Source: a virus
Lineage: Duplodnaviria; Caudoviricetes
Length of the DNA: 24,457 nucleotides
IMG/VR virus record: IMGVR_UViG_3300020042_006407
Span: 1-24,457 of that record
Strand: one strand, 5' to 3'
Part shown: positions 1 through 7,814 of the stretch, piece by piece
How positions within the stretch are numbered: position 1 is the stretch's first letter
Layout of the letters: each line of letters opens with the position of its first letter
The notes under the pieces: model-generated
The model's database searches: none
The model's input: the letters and a program-made list of their open reading frames with translations, nothing else
Told to the model about the DNA's origin: nothing
Made by a program: the position numbers and the translations under genes

Positions 1-12
1 TAGGTCGTCCAT
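1..12 (-). CDS. 5' end of a gene running off the window (MDDL...)
   Basis: ATG at 10-12 on the minus strand, preceded by GAAAGGAAC (16-24), the same RBS as the gene starting at 3254. Only 4 codons are visible. Confidence 0.5.
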
Positions 13-31
13 GGTGTTCCTTTCGTGCATC

Positions 32-127
32 ATTGCATTATCTCACCCTGTTTTCAGTAACTTTTATATACGAGGTAGATATATAGAAAAGTTACCGAAA
101 TTACAATGAGATAATGCAATATTGCAT
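32..127. repeat. AT-rich nested inverted repeat; candidate replication origin
   Basis: ATTGCATTATCTCA (32-45) pairs with TGAGATAATGCAAT (107-120). Inside it, GTAACTTTT (57-65) pairs with AAAAGTTAC (87-95). A perfect palindrome ATGCAATATTGCAT lies at 114-127. The element is directly downstream of the primase-helicase stop. Confidence 0.7.
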
Positions 128-133
128 ATTTTG

Positions 134-2488
134 CTACGCTTCAGCACGTCGATATTGTCCACGGGTCGGTTGTGCTGACTGCTCCGACGGCTCGGCTCGC
201 TCCTCGACAAGCCCAACGCCATAGACAAAGCGCCTATCGTGGCTAATGATGATTTTGCGCGTTTCTAACTGCTTCAATACCCAGCGCTGAGACTTAAAGG
301 CCGCTCCGCGCTCTCCTTCGTCTTCGGCCCACTCTTTCCAAGTTGCGTACAATGTCGCCTTAGCCACGCGCATGGTATTGCCGGTGACGCACATTGTTTG
401 CAAGAAGCGTGCAACGATGTCTTCTTCGCCGCGGTACTCGGTGGTAGCCTTTTCGACGGCTTCGCATGTACCGATGCCATTCTTGTACCAGAGATACGCG
501 CCGAGCACAGCCCACTGAAGGATTGCGGCTGCGTCTTCGTGGAACTCCTTGGCAATGTCGCGTGCGTCGCGTCGTTGGTCTTCGGGGATGTTTGCGGTAA
601 ACGGCACGATCCGGATACGTCGCCATATGCCGGCATCGGTTCCGGTTATGCGTGGCTTGTGATTGCCGGTGAGCCAAAGGGTGTGTGTAGGCACGAACTT
701 GAATATGCTTCCATACAGCACGCGAGCGCTGATGGTGTCGCCGCCGGTGATGCTCTTTATCAGTGATTCATCGAAGCGTTTGCCGTCGGGCATCTCTTGG
801 GCCGTAGCCAAGCGCATGCCAACGAGACCCGCGACGGTCGGCGTGGCGTTATCTCCGTCGTTGCGTTTCTCGAGTAGTGCTTCGATGCTGGCCGTTGTTG
901 AGAATTCGCCAGATATGATTTCAAGCGCCTTCATAAACGTCGATTTGCCGTTTGCGCCGTCGCCATAACAGAAGAAAAGACAATGCTCGTCGGTGTGACC
1001 GGTGAGCGTGTAGCCAACGGCCCGCTGTACGTAGTCGGCAAGGTCGTTGTCATCGTTGAAGACGGTGCGCAGAAACTTTGCCCAGCGGGACGAGGTCAGC
1101 GTGTCTTTTGTGTACGGAACGTCGACAATCTTTGTCAGAAACATTGCCGGATCGTGCGGGATGAGTTCACCGGTGCGAAGGTCAATGATTCCGTTGGCGA
1201 CGTTGAGTAGATGCGGATGCGTGTCGAAGAGTGACGGCGCCTTCGTGAGGTACGGTCGTGCGCTCTTTATCATTGCATCGATGCGCATTGCGGACTCGCT
1301 CGCCGTTGCCCACTTTAGGATTTCTTTGCGCCGGTCGCTATCCGGCTCGTCGGCAATCGTTGTATAGATATCGAGCGCCACGCGATGCGCCAACCGCACC
1401 ACACCAGCGTCGTCACCTTTAGACCATCGCCGACCATCCCAGACGAGCCATTGCTTCCACTCTGCGACATAGCAAAGTTTGTCACCGCACGCATGCACCA
1501 AGCGCCGACCGTTGCCGAGGTCGGTGAGGTGGTATTTTTCCTCGTCTTCGATACTTTCGACGCTCTCCGTGGTTTCTGTGAGGACTGTTGGGGTCTTTTT
1601 GGCAACGGTCGCAATCGGTGCCGATGGTTTCGGTAGGTCGATGGGCTTGGCTCGTCCGTACTGCAAACCACTGACCAATGCAAGCCGCTCTTTGTGTTCC
1701 GCGTGCTTGGCTGGTGGCCGTGCCTTCATGAGTAGATTGATTGCGTCGTTGTCGCTCAGCACGTTCACACCTTCGCGCTCTGCCGACGCCATGTAGCCAC
1801 CGAGCAGACGAGCGGCACGTATGCGCACGTCGTGACGGAATCCGTCAGGCGCATCGGTCACCATCTTTACGGCTGCGGTGATGCGACGATTAACGACGGC
1901 TTCAATCCACTTCGATGGTGTTTCTTGCGGTGCTGGGAGATCGTGCGACGGTTCCGGCTGTGGCTCTTTGTTGTGTTCGACGTCGTCGAATATCTGATTA
2001 ACGATGTCCTGAATGCTGTTGAGTTCTTCGCAGTCGCCGATGATGTCTTCGGTGAACGTAAAATACCGCGCCGTTGCGTAGACTTCCACGCCGATGCCTT
2101 CGAGCGGTTGCTTCAACGATTGCGGAATGGTTGCGGTGCCGATGATGTGTATACCGGTCTTCGACGGTGATACTTCAGCGTATGACGTATTGAGGTTCAT
2201 GAGATGCACGGCATACGCATGACGCTTGTACATTGGTGCGCCGTCTTCGTCCTCGCCGATGCTCTCGAGTGCGTCATCAAGGTCAATGCCAACGATGCCG
2301 TCGCCGTTGAAGACAAAGCCGACACCGGGAAGGCCGCGACGGTCGGCGTATGCTTTAGCAATCTCGTACGTTGTCCACGTGGTTGGGTCGGTGCTCTTTG
2401 CATATTTCCCCGTGCGTACGTCTATTGGCGCTTTGTTGGCGTCATAGCATACCCAGCGGGGTTGCAGTTTCAAGTCAGCAATGTTCAC
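134..2488 (-). CDS. AEP primase-polymerase fused to a D5/P4-family SF3 helicase
   Basis: N-terminal AEP motifs GIDLDD, SPSKTGIH and EVY..RYFTFT; D5_N-like LTDLGNGRRL...WLVWDGRRW; Walker A GDGANGKST; IKSITGGDTISAR; LTGNHKP; GIWRRI. Confidence 0.93.
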   Translation of the reverse strand: MNIADLKLQPRWVCYDANKAPIDVRTGKYAKSTDPTTWTTYEIAKAYADRRGLPGVGFVFNGDGIVGIDLDDALESIGEDEDGAPMYKRHAYAVHLMNLNTSYAEVSPSKTGIHIIGTATIPQSLKQPLEGIGVEVYATARYFTFTEDIIGDCEELNSIQDIVNQIFDDVEHNKEPQPEPSHDLPAPQETPSKWIEAVVNRRITAAVKMVTDAPDGFRHDVRIRAARLLGGYMASAEREGVNVLSDNDAINLLMKARPPAKHAEHKERLALVSGLQYGRAKPIDLPKPSAPIATVAKKTPTVLTETTESVESIEDEEKYHLTDLGNGRRLVHACGDKLCYVAEWKQWLVWDGRRWSKGDDAGVVRLAHRVALDIYTTIADEPDSDRRKEILKWATASESAMRIDAMIKSARPYLTKAPSLFDTHPHLLNVANGIIDLRTGELIPHDPAMFLTKIVDVPYTKDTLTSSRWAKFLRTVFNDDNDLADYVQRAVGYTLTGHTDEHCLFFCYGDGANGKSTFMKALEIISGEFSTTASIEALLEKRNDGDNATPTVAGLVGMRLATAQEMPDGKRFDESLIKSITGGDTISARVLYGSIFKFVPTHTLWLTGNHKPRITGTDAGIWRRIRIVPFTANIPEDQRRDARDIAKEFHEDAAAILQWAVLGAYLWYKNGIGTCEAVEKATTEYRGEEDIVARFLQTMCVTGNTMRVAKATLYATWKEWAEDEGERGAAFKSQRWVLKQLETRKIIISHDRRFVYGVGLVEERAEPSEQSAQPTRGQYRRAEA

Positions 2489-3069
2489 TTGTTTTCCTCA
2501 ACGTAATAAGTTAGTGAAACCATAGTTTGTCCTTTGCGATACCATATTTCAATAAAATATTTTGGAGGTGTATCTTCATCTTCGCTGTAATGACACTGTT
2601 CGCACTTAAAAAAGATTCGTATACCGTTAGTTAGAGTTACAACTTCATCATCCATATGCAAATATTGACCGTTGCATGTTCGTCCGTTGTCGTAACATAC
2701 AGGACAAACCATAGTGTCATCCATTATGCGTTTGCTTTCGTATCTTATTTGACCGCCAGATATTTGTTTGTATCTTTTTGGTTTTTGAATAGATGTTTTA
2801 TTTTTTATCATACGATTCCAAACCATCCGGCCGGCTGCGCAGTATTCCTGTATGTAATATTGTTCTTTGATGAGCGCTTCTTCGCGTGTTTCGACTTCCT
2901 CGATGAGTTCCATAGTCATACGGTGACCTTCTGCGCGTAACGCGGTATACAGTGCGCTCTTCGGATCGTGCAGATGCTGGTACCAGCGTTTGCCCAATTC
3001 ATCCCCGGTGATGCCAACATAACCCATGCCCGTGTCGAGATGCTTAATCAGGTAGATTTTGTGTGTCAT
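2485..3069 (-). CDS. GIY-YIG endonuclease with a C-terminal Cys-rich (zinc-ribbon-like) domain
   Basis: KIY...YVG motif, followed by R (KRWYQH), E (IKEQYYI) and N (VWN) in GIY-YIG order. The C-terminal part has CPVC...C..H...CEQC. Confidence 0.85.
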   Translation of the reverse strand: MTHKIYLIKHLDTGMGYVGITGDELGKRWYQHLHDPKSALYTALRAEGHRMTMELIEEVETREEALIKEQYYIQEYCAAGRMVWNRMIKNKTSIQKPKRYKQISGGQIRYESKRIMDDTMVCPVCYDNGRTCNGQYLHMDDEVVTLTNGIRIFFKCEQCHYSEDEDTPPKYFIEIWYRKGQTMVSLTYYVEENK

Positions 3070-3254
3070 TGCCCTTCCTCCCGGCTCTTCGTCGTCTTCG
3101 CCTTAGTGGCCTTTGTCAAGATTTGCACAATCAAGGCATTGCGCGAGATTCCCTTGGTGTCTGCGTAGGTGCTGAGCGCTTCGAGCAACTCCGGAGAGCA
3201 TCGCATACCCGTGCTAATCATGGTTGATGGCTCTTTGTCTTTCCGTCTTGGCAT
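3066..3254 (-). CDS. Arc-like ribbon-helix-helix DNA-binding protein
   Basis: STGMRCSPELLEALSTYADTKGISRNALIVQIL fits the Arc pattern (LR.P.EL...L...A...G.S.N..I...L). RBS is AGAAAGGA. Confidence 0.8.
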   Translation of the reverse strand: MPRRKDKEPSTMISTGMRCSPELLEALSTYADTKGISRNALIVQILTKATKAKTTKSREEGQ

Positions 3255-3280
3255 TGTTGTTCCTTTCTTAGTTGGATTTA

Positions 3281-3291
3281 CATTGTAGCAT
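3281..3291 (-). promoter_or_regulatory. Extended -10 promoter (TGcTACAAT) for the Arc/GIY-YIG/primase operon
   Basis: ATGCTACAATG on the minus strand, between a terminator and the RBS at about 3259-3268, with AT-rich upstream sequence. Confidence 0.65.
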
Positions 3292-3306
3292 CAAATAACA
3301 ATAAAC

Positions 3307-3347
3307 AAAAACACCCCACCGTGTTACCGATGGGGTGTTCGTCGTGT
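3307..3347 (-). terminator. Intrinsic terminator, copy A of a duplicated 41-bp element
   Basis: Minus strand reads AACACCCCATCG-gtaaca-CGGTGGGGTGTT-TTT, right after the stop at 3349. Confidence 0.85.
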
Positions 3348-3348
3348 T

Positions 3349-3909
3349 TTATTGCAGACGGAGCGAGTAATCCATCATGACGCGTGGTGGCACTGGGTAA
3401 TCAATGTATTCCTGTGTAAATACTGCATACGGCAAAAAGTCGCCGGAGTGTGCTCGGTAGTCGTTGTCCTGTATATGAACATGCGCCAAGTAACCGCTTT
3501 GATCCGAAAATTGCTCAACCGTAATACGAACATTACCATCTGTATACGTGTTAATAGGCCGAGATGAGTATGTGCTCCATCCGATGCGGTATCGATAAAT
3601 CATTGGCGTCTGCTTCTGGATAATTTCCATCAATTCAGCGTTTTCTTTTTGTAGTTTGTCGTTTTCTTGGTTGAGCCATTGCGCTTTTTTTGCGACGTCC
3701 TCGGCCATCGCAATCACTGGCGCAACTTCTGCTTTGACTGCGTCCGCGTATGTGTCGACGTCTTCGAGCAAATCGCCCAGTTCGTGAATGATGTCTATTG
3801 CCTCGTGTCCGATGTGCAGTTCGCCCTTTAGAACAAGAAACAACTGCGTTAACTTTGCATCCCACTTAATAGTAATTTCGTTCCGTGGCTTACCTTTAAA
3901 TTGTGTCAT
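3349..3909 (-). CDS. Hypothetical protein with a central coiled coil (186 aa)
   Basis: Start taken at MTQFK (ATG 3909), just after the upstream stop. Contains the heptad segment LNQENDKLQKENAELMEII. Confidence 0.7.
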   Translation of the reverse strand: MTQFKGKPRNEITIKWDAKLTQLFLVLKGELHIGHEAIDIIHELGDLLEDVDTYADAVKAEVAPVIAMAEDVAKKAQWLNQENDKLQKENAELMEIIQKQTPMIYRYRIGWSTYSSRPINTYTDGNVRITVEQFSDQSGYLAHVHIQDNDYRAHSGDFLPYAVFTQEYIDYPVPPRVMMDYSLRLQ

Positions 3910-3910
3910 C

Positions 3911-4189
3911 TTACTTTCCCCACTTTCCACTGCGCAGAATCAGCGCAATGATGGCGTAGCCTGCGAGATCGCGCAACGTGTCGTCGATGCTCTCATCATC
4001 GGTGACCGTGTGCGGTTGACTGGTCAGCGTGATAAGACGCTCTATTTTGTCGTTCATGCGCACGATGATACCGAAGAGCCCGAAGCGCCCCACGGCGTTT
4101 GCTCCGTACGCTTCGGCCTTCGTGGTGTGTTGGTCATGCAGTTCGATGCAGAAGGCCCAGAACGCATCATATTGCTCGGGATACTTCAT
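3911..4189 (-). CDS. DUF1599 / nucleotide-modification-associated domain 1 protein
   Basis: Pattern K...YG...GIIVRMNDKIERL...DESIDDTLRDLAGYAII, typical of this all-helical phage family. Confidence 0.8.
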   Translation of the reverse strand: MKYPEQYDAFWAFCIELHDQHTTKAEAYGANAVGRFGLFGIIVRMNDKIERLITLTSQPHTVTDDESIDDTLRDLAGYAIIALILRSGKWGK

Positions 4190-4449
4190 TGGTTGGCTCC
4201 GTATGCGGTCTCTGATATTGCTTTTGACAGTAAGTGACTAAGCGCTTTTGATTCTTCGTAGGTTAATGCCGATTGCAAGTATTCGATTGCGGGAAGTATG
4301 TCGTTGTAATTCATATACTGGTAAGGCATAACAGGGATTATCATGTTGCTGGTGTTTTTGGCTCGCTTCGTAAGAACTAAAGCAATGACGCCAAGCAATA
4401 CATGATACGGGCCCAGATTCTCAAACTTGGTGCGCTGTTCATCGGTCAT
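4186..4449 (-). CDS. Hypothetical protein (87 aa) with one hydrophobic segment
   Basis: GAGGTG RBS, ATGA overlap with the next gene, and the segment VLLGVIALVL. Confidence 0.7.
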   Translation of the reverse strand: MTDEQRTKFENLGPYHVLLGVIALVLTKRAKNTSNMIIPVMPYQYMNYNDILPAIEYLQSALTYEESKALSHLLSKAISETAYGANQ

Positions 4450-4464
4450 CTTGTCACCTCGATA

Positions 4465-4505
4465 AAAAACACCCCGTCGTGTTATCGACGGGGTGTTCGT
4501 CGTGT
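4465..4505 (-). terminator. Intrinsic terminator, copy B of the duplicated 41-bp element
   Basis: Minus strand reads AACACCCCGTCG-ataaca-CGACGGGGTGTT-TTTT. It matches 3307-3347 at 37 of 41 positions. Confidence 0.85.
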
Positions 4506-4509
4506 CTAC

Positions 4510-5313
4510 TTAGAACGGCTTGACGTCGTCCTCGTCCATCGCTGCGGGCACGTTGCGGGCCGGCTCTGCAGGTGCTGAGGCTTCGGCTTCTTCGTTGCTC
4601 CGCATTTCCTTTGACCAGTCCTTGTATTCTGCGAAGGCTTCGGCAGCCAATGCCATGCGCTCTTTGCCAACGTAGAGCGATGCGCACAAATCGCGGTTGA
4701 TCGCGTTGACGTCGAAGCCAATCTGCGGGATGACGACGTTGGAGCCGTAGCCGGTATCGATGGTGACGACGCGGCCCTTCTTATCCTTGGGCTGTGTGAT
4801 GGGAGTCCAAAACATGAACGAAGGGATGTCACGGTTGGCCGTCTTGCGTGCTTCTTTCTCCACTTCGCGCATGGCGCTGAAGATTGATTCACCGCGTGCA
4901 GCGGTCACACCTCGACCGACCAAGCCCTTCACCGGCCACACCACGACATCGTCGTATCCTTCGATGAAGCAAAGAATCTCGGTGTAGAGACGCATGCCTG
5001 CGTTGGGCTTCCAATGTGCATGCCACGTCTTGGTGCGGATGCCGTTGTTCGTCTCTTCGCTGTACGCTTGGGTGCGTGTGCGGATAACGATGATGCGCAG
5101 GTCGGTTGCAGTGAAGCCGGCTTCGTCGTCGAAGAGTTCGTCGTGCGTCCACGGTGCGAGCAGGGAAGGCAACGCCGTCTCACGTGCGTAGAACTTGCCG
5201 ACAACGCCTTTGGTCTTCGTGGTGGACAGCCAACTAATCCGTGGGATGCCGTCGCCGGTCTCTTCGCGTTCTGGCGTGTATCCAAGTTCTTGCAAATCGT
5301 TTTCAAAGGTCAT
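4510..5313 (-). CDS. Putative single-stranded DNA-binding protein (267 aa)
   Basis: GAGGAG RBS before MTFEND. Beta/aromatic-rich body, Ala/Pro linker and an acidic tail ending MDEDDVKPF (SSB-type tip). Lies in the replication region. Confidence 0.55.
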   Translation of the reverse strand: MTFENDLQELGYTPEREETGDGIPRISWLSTTKTKGVVGKFYARETALPSLLAPWTHDELFDDEAGFTATDLRIIVIRTRTQAYSEETNNGIRTKTWHAHWKPNAGMRLYTEILCFIEGYDDVVVWPVKGLVGRGVTAARGESIFSAMREVEKEARKTANRDIPSFMFWTPITQPKDKKGRVVTIDTGYGSNVVIPQIGFDVNAINRDLCASLYVGKERMALAAEAFAEYKDWSKEMRSNEEAEASAPAEPARNVPAAMDEDDVKPF

Positions 5314-5521
5314 TGTGATTCTCCTCAGTGATGCGTGTTTCACGCTCGGTGTCAATTACTGCAATCCGGAGTGCCTGACTCATCGAAACCTTGGTACCGT
5401 AGGATTCCGTGAGTCTTTCGGTCAGTGTCTTCAACGCTTCCATTGCTTCGACGTCAAAGTGCATACTCAGTCGGTACCACGTGCGGTCGGGATTGGCAGC
5501 GCTTTTGCGGGGTGTTGGCAT
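5303..5521 (-). CDS. Putative ribbon-helix-helix regulator (72 aa)
   Basis: Alternating strand YRLSMHF, then a helix, then KVSMSQALRIAV. RBS is GAAGGA. Confidence 0.6.
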   Translation of the reverse strand: MPTPRKSAANPDRTWYRLSMHFDVEAMEALKTLTERLTESYGTKVSMSQALRIAVIDTERETRITEENHNDL

Positions 5522-5540
5522 TGGGTTTCCTTCGAGTGGT

Positions 5541-5565
5541 GGAGCGGTTCAAGGTGAACCGCTCC
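5541..5565. other. Perfect 11-bp hairpin without a U-tract
   Basis: GGAGCGGTTCA-agg-TGAACCGCTCC in the intergenic space. Confidence 0.7.
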
Positions 5566-5579
5566 GGGTTGGCATGTGT

Positions 5580-5798
5580 CTAGAGATCTTTCCAGGTAGG
5601 TATCGGACCCAAGACCGGAACCATGGCGAGGATTTCCGCGCTGAGCCTGCGGTTCATCTCAGCGGTGTAGAGTTCGATGGCGATGGTGTCCCCGATGTGC
5701 TCGGCAACCTTCAGCGCAAAGTCGATGTACGAATCTGAGCGCTGGCTCAGGGTGGCGCGCATCTCGGTGGCTTCGGCTTGGGTCAGGTGCTTCATCAT
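5580..5798 (-). CDS. Hypothetical protein (72 aa) with its own promoter
   Basis: AGAAAGGC RBS. It is the first gene after the promoter at 5853-5881. Confidence 0.75.
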   Translation of the reverse strand: MMKHLTQAEATEMRATLSQRSDSYIDFALKVAEHIGDTIAIELYTAEMNRRLSAEILAMVPVLGPIPTWKDL

Positions 5799-5852
5799 GG
5801 TCAGTGCCTTTCTTGTACCGCTCGGTCATCTGTGCCGTGCTGGTATGTGCGT

Positions 5853-5881
5853 ATATTACTGCATATGTATTTCGGTGTCAA
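5853..5881 (-). promoter_or_regulatory. Sigma70-type promoter
   Basis: TTGACA (5876-5881), 17-nt spacer, TAATAT (5853-5858). Confidence 0.8.
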
Positions 5882-5899
5882 GTGCCTAGTCAACGAGTT

Positions 5900-6436
5900 T
5901 TAAAAATAGGCAATAAGCCCCGCATCGTAGAACGAAGAGGTAAACAAATCAGGGTCATTGCCAATGTACAAAGCGATTTGACCGCGTGTGTTGCGGTCGA
6001 CGGTGACGTCTTGGGGCTGAATGAATTGGATGCGCTGTTGGAAGATGCACGCTGCGCTGCTCATCCTCGCCAACTGATGGAACCATCCGGTGTCCGTGGC
6101 GTTATTAACCAATATGATGCCGGTGTGCCATGAGTGCGGAAACTCCCGCACGATCTTGGTCACACATTTGCCAATGATGCCACGGCCATATGGAGGGTTG
6201 GCAAAGAGCGTATGCCCAACTGGCCAGTCGTGCAGCATTGCGTCCCGCTCCCGGGTGAAGTAGTGCGTGGCTTGCACGTTCTCTTGCGCAACGTCGCAAC
6301 TGAACGGGTCAAGGTCGATGGTGCCGCCAAGCGCACGACGGACGCGCTCCGTGATGTCTGGTGGCGTGTACCACTCGCCGTTGTCACTGCGTGCTGAGTA
6401 GTACGACTCATTGAACGGTATTCTTGGATTACTCAT
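5900..6436 (-). CDS. Phage DNA N6-adenine methyltransferase (phage Dam family)
   Basis: EWYTPP, IDLDPFS (SAM-binding), FANPPY (catalytic), TDTGWF and RIQF. The start MSNPR overlaps the upstream stop (ATGA). Confidence 0.9.
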   Translation of the reverse strand: MSNPRIPFNESYYSARSDNGEWYTPPDITERVRRALGGTIDLDPFSCDVAQENVQATHYFTRERDAMLHDWPVGHTLFANPPYGRGIIGKCVTKIVREFPHSWHTGIILVNNATDTGWFHQLARMSSAACIFQQRIQFIQPQDVTVDRNTRGQIALYIGNDPDLFTSSFYDAGLIAYF

Positions 6437-7233
6437 TTCGTAGCCTTTGCATCTTTCTTGCATGTGATGCGATACGTCCAAACTCGACGAGCAACCGCAG
6501 TGTAGGTGACGTCTAGTTCATCCGCAATCTCTTGGCGCGTCCGCTCTGCGTACCATTGCGGGTCTTCGGGCCATTTGATGTGTTTTCGGAACTGCTTAAA
6601 GGTATAGCCGTTCTTTTTGCAGTGCGCTCGCACCGTGTCGCTGTTGCTGTTGAGTAACTTGGCAATTTCTATAGTGGTGCGCTCTGCGTACCATTGCGGG
6701 TCCGTTGGCCAATCGACGAATCGATACGAGCGAAGCAATTTGAAGCGATTTCGTTGTACGTGATGGAATACCGTCGTCACTGCTAAGCCGAAGTGCTTTG
6801 CAATCTCCAATGCGGTGCGCTCTGCGTACCATTGCGGGTCCGTTGGCCAGTCAGTGCGGTACCGTGTTCCCATGATGGCGCGCTTCGTCTTGTATCCCCA
6901 GCGGTACACAAACCCCTTGACGAATCTGAGCTCTTGGCCAAGCTCGTTGGCAATCTCGGTCGCGGTGCGCTCTTTGTACCATTGCGGATCGTGTGGCATC
7001 ATCGAAGACTTTGTATAGGCACGCACAGGCCGTCGAAAGCTGGTCAACCGCTTGTCATCGATGCGCAGTGGCAACACTTTGCCGTTGTGGCTCATGGTCA
7101 TTACTTCGGCGTAGTGGTACTTCACATCTGCGATATCGATGTTGAGTGCATTGGCGATGTACCACAGTGGGTTGCTACTCTGTAGCGTGGCTATGACGTC
7201 GTCAGTGTAGCGTAGGTCATCTCGGTGAATCAT
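6433..7233 (-). CDS. Tandem helix-turn-helix repeat protein (266 aa)
   Basis: Four 46-50 aa units beginning (W/M)P.DPQWY(A/K)ERT..EIA..(L/F), each followed by a variable helix, plus a divergent N-terminal HTH. GGAGG RBS and ATGA overlap at 7230-7233. Confidence 0.8.
   Translation of the reverse strand: MIHRDDLRYTDDVIATLQSSNPLWYIANALNIDIADVKYHYAEVMTMSHNGKVLPLRIDDKRLTSFRRPVRAYTKSSMMPHDPQWYKERTATEIANELGQELRFVKGFVYRWGYKTKRAIMGTRYRTDWPTDPQWYAERTALEIAKHFGLAVTTVFHHVQRNRFKLLRSYRFVDWPTDPQWYAERTTIEIAKLLNSNSDTVRAHCKKNGYTFKQFRKHIKWPEDPQWYAERTRQEIADELDVTYTAVARRVWTYRITCKKDAKATK
6542..6990. repeat. Four in-frame direct repeats inside the HTH gene
   Basis: CGCTCTGCGTACCATTGCGGGTC at 6542, 6680 and 6818, with a variant at 6968 (periods 138, 138 and 150 nt). 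Segments 6676-6711 and 6814-6849 are identical over 36 nt. Confidence 0.95.
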
Positions 7234-7814
7234 AGGTATCCCTCCTGTACTAAGAAGTGCCAACGTTTGATGCGGTCAACCGACATCCCGAGACGCTTGG
7301 CCGCTTCGTGCCGTGTCTTGGAATCGATGAGGATAGCACGCTGCTCGTCGCTGACGACGGTCTTAACCGTTGGTTTCCGTATGCCCAGTTTAATGCGCCA
7401 TTCCCAGACGGAACTACTGCAAACACCCAATGCCATTGCTGCGCGCTTATTGCTAAACTTTGACCGCAGTATTGCCATGACTGACGGTGTCAGCCGTAAT
7501 TCCTTGACACGCTTGCCAATGTGCCGACGTCGTAAACGTTCCAAGGTGTTGTACGAAATCTTGAACCGCTTGGATATTTTCTTTGTCGAAGCCGACGATT
7601 TAAACGCCGCGAGCAACTCCGGTGTCACTTCGTGCGGACTTCTTCGTTGCTCGCGAGGCACCAACGCTTTGCGGAGTATCGATATCCACGACTGCGTGCC
7701 TCCGTGCTTTTCTGCCATTGCGCGTTGCGTCATTGTCTTATCGAAGAGGTCGCGGCGGAACTCTTCGCCGCGGCTCTGTACGTACCGCTCTGCGCTCTCA
7801 GGGTTATAACTCAT
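7230..7814 (-). CDS. Basic multi-HTH protein (194 aa, four HTH-like units)
   Basis: TQRAMAEKHGGTQSWISILR; STKKISKRFKISYNTLERLR; SNKRAAMALGVCSSSVWEWR; TRHEAAKRLGMSVDRIKRW. Confidence 0.75.
   Translation of the reverse strand: MSYNPESAERYVQSRGEEFRRDLFDKTMTQRAMAEKHGGTQSWISILRKALVPREQRRSPHEVTPELLAAFKSSASTKKISKRFKISYNTLERLRRRHIGKRVKELRLTPSVMAILRSKFSNKRAAMALGVCSSSVWEWRIKLGIRKPTVKTVVSDEQRAILIDSKTRHEAAKRLGMSVDRIKRWHFLVQEGYL

Noticed and set aside
6542-6990. CRISPR-like array of 23-36 bp repeats
   Set aside because: Spacers exceed 100 nt, periods are multiples of 3, the repeats encode a conserved peptide inside an intact ORF, and no cas genes are present.
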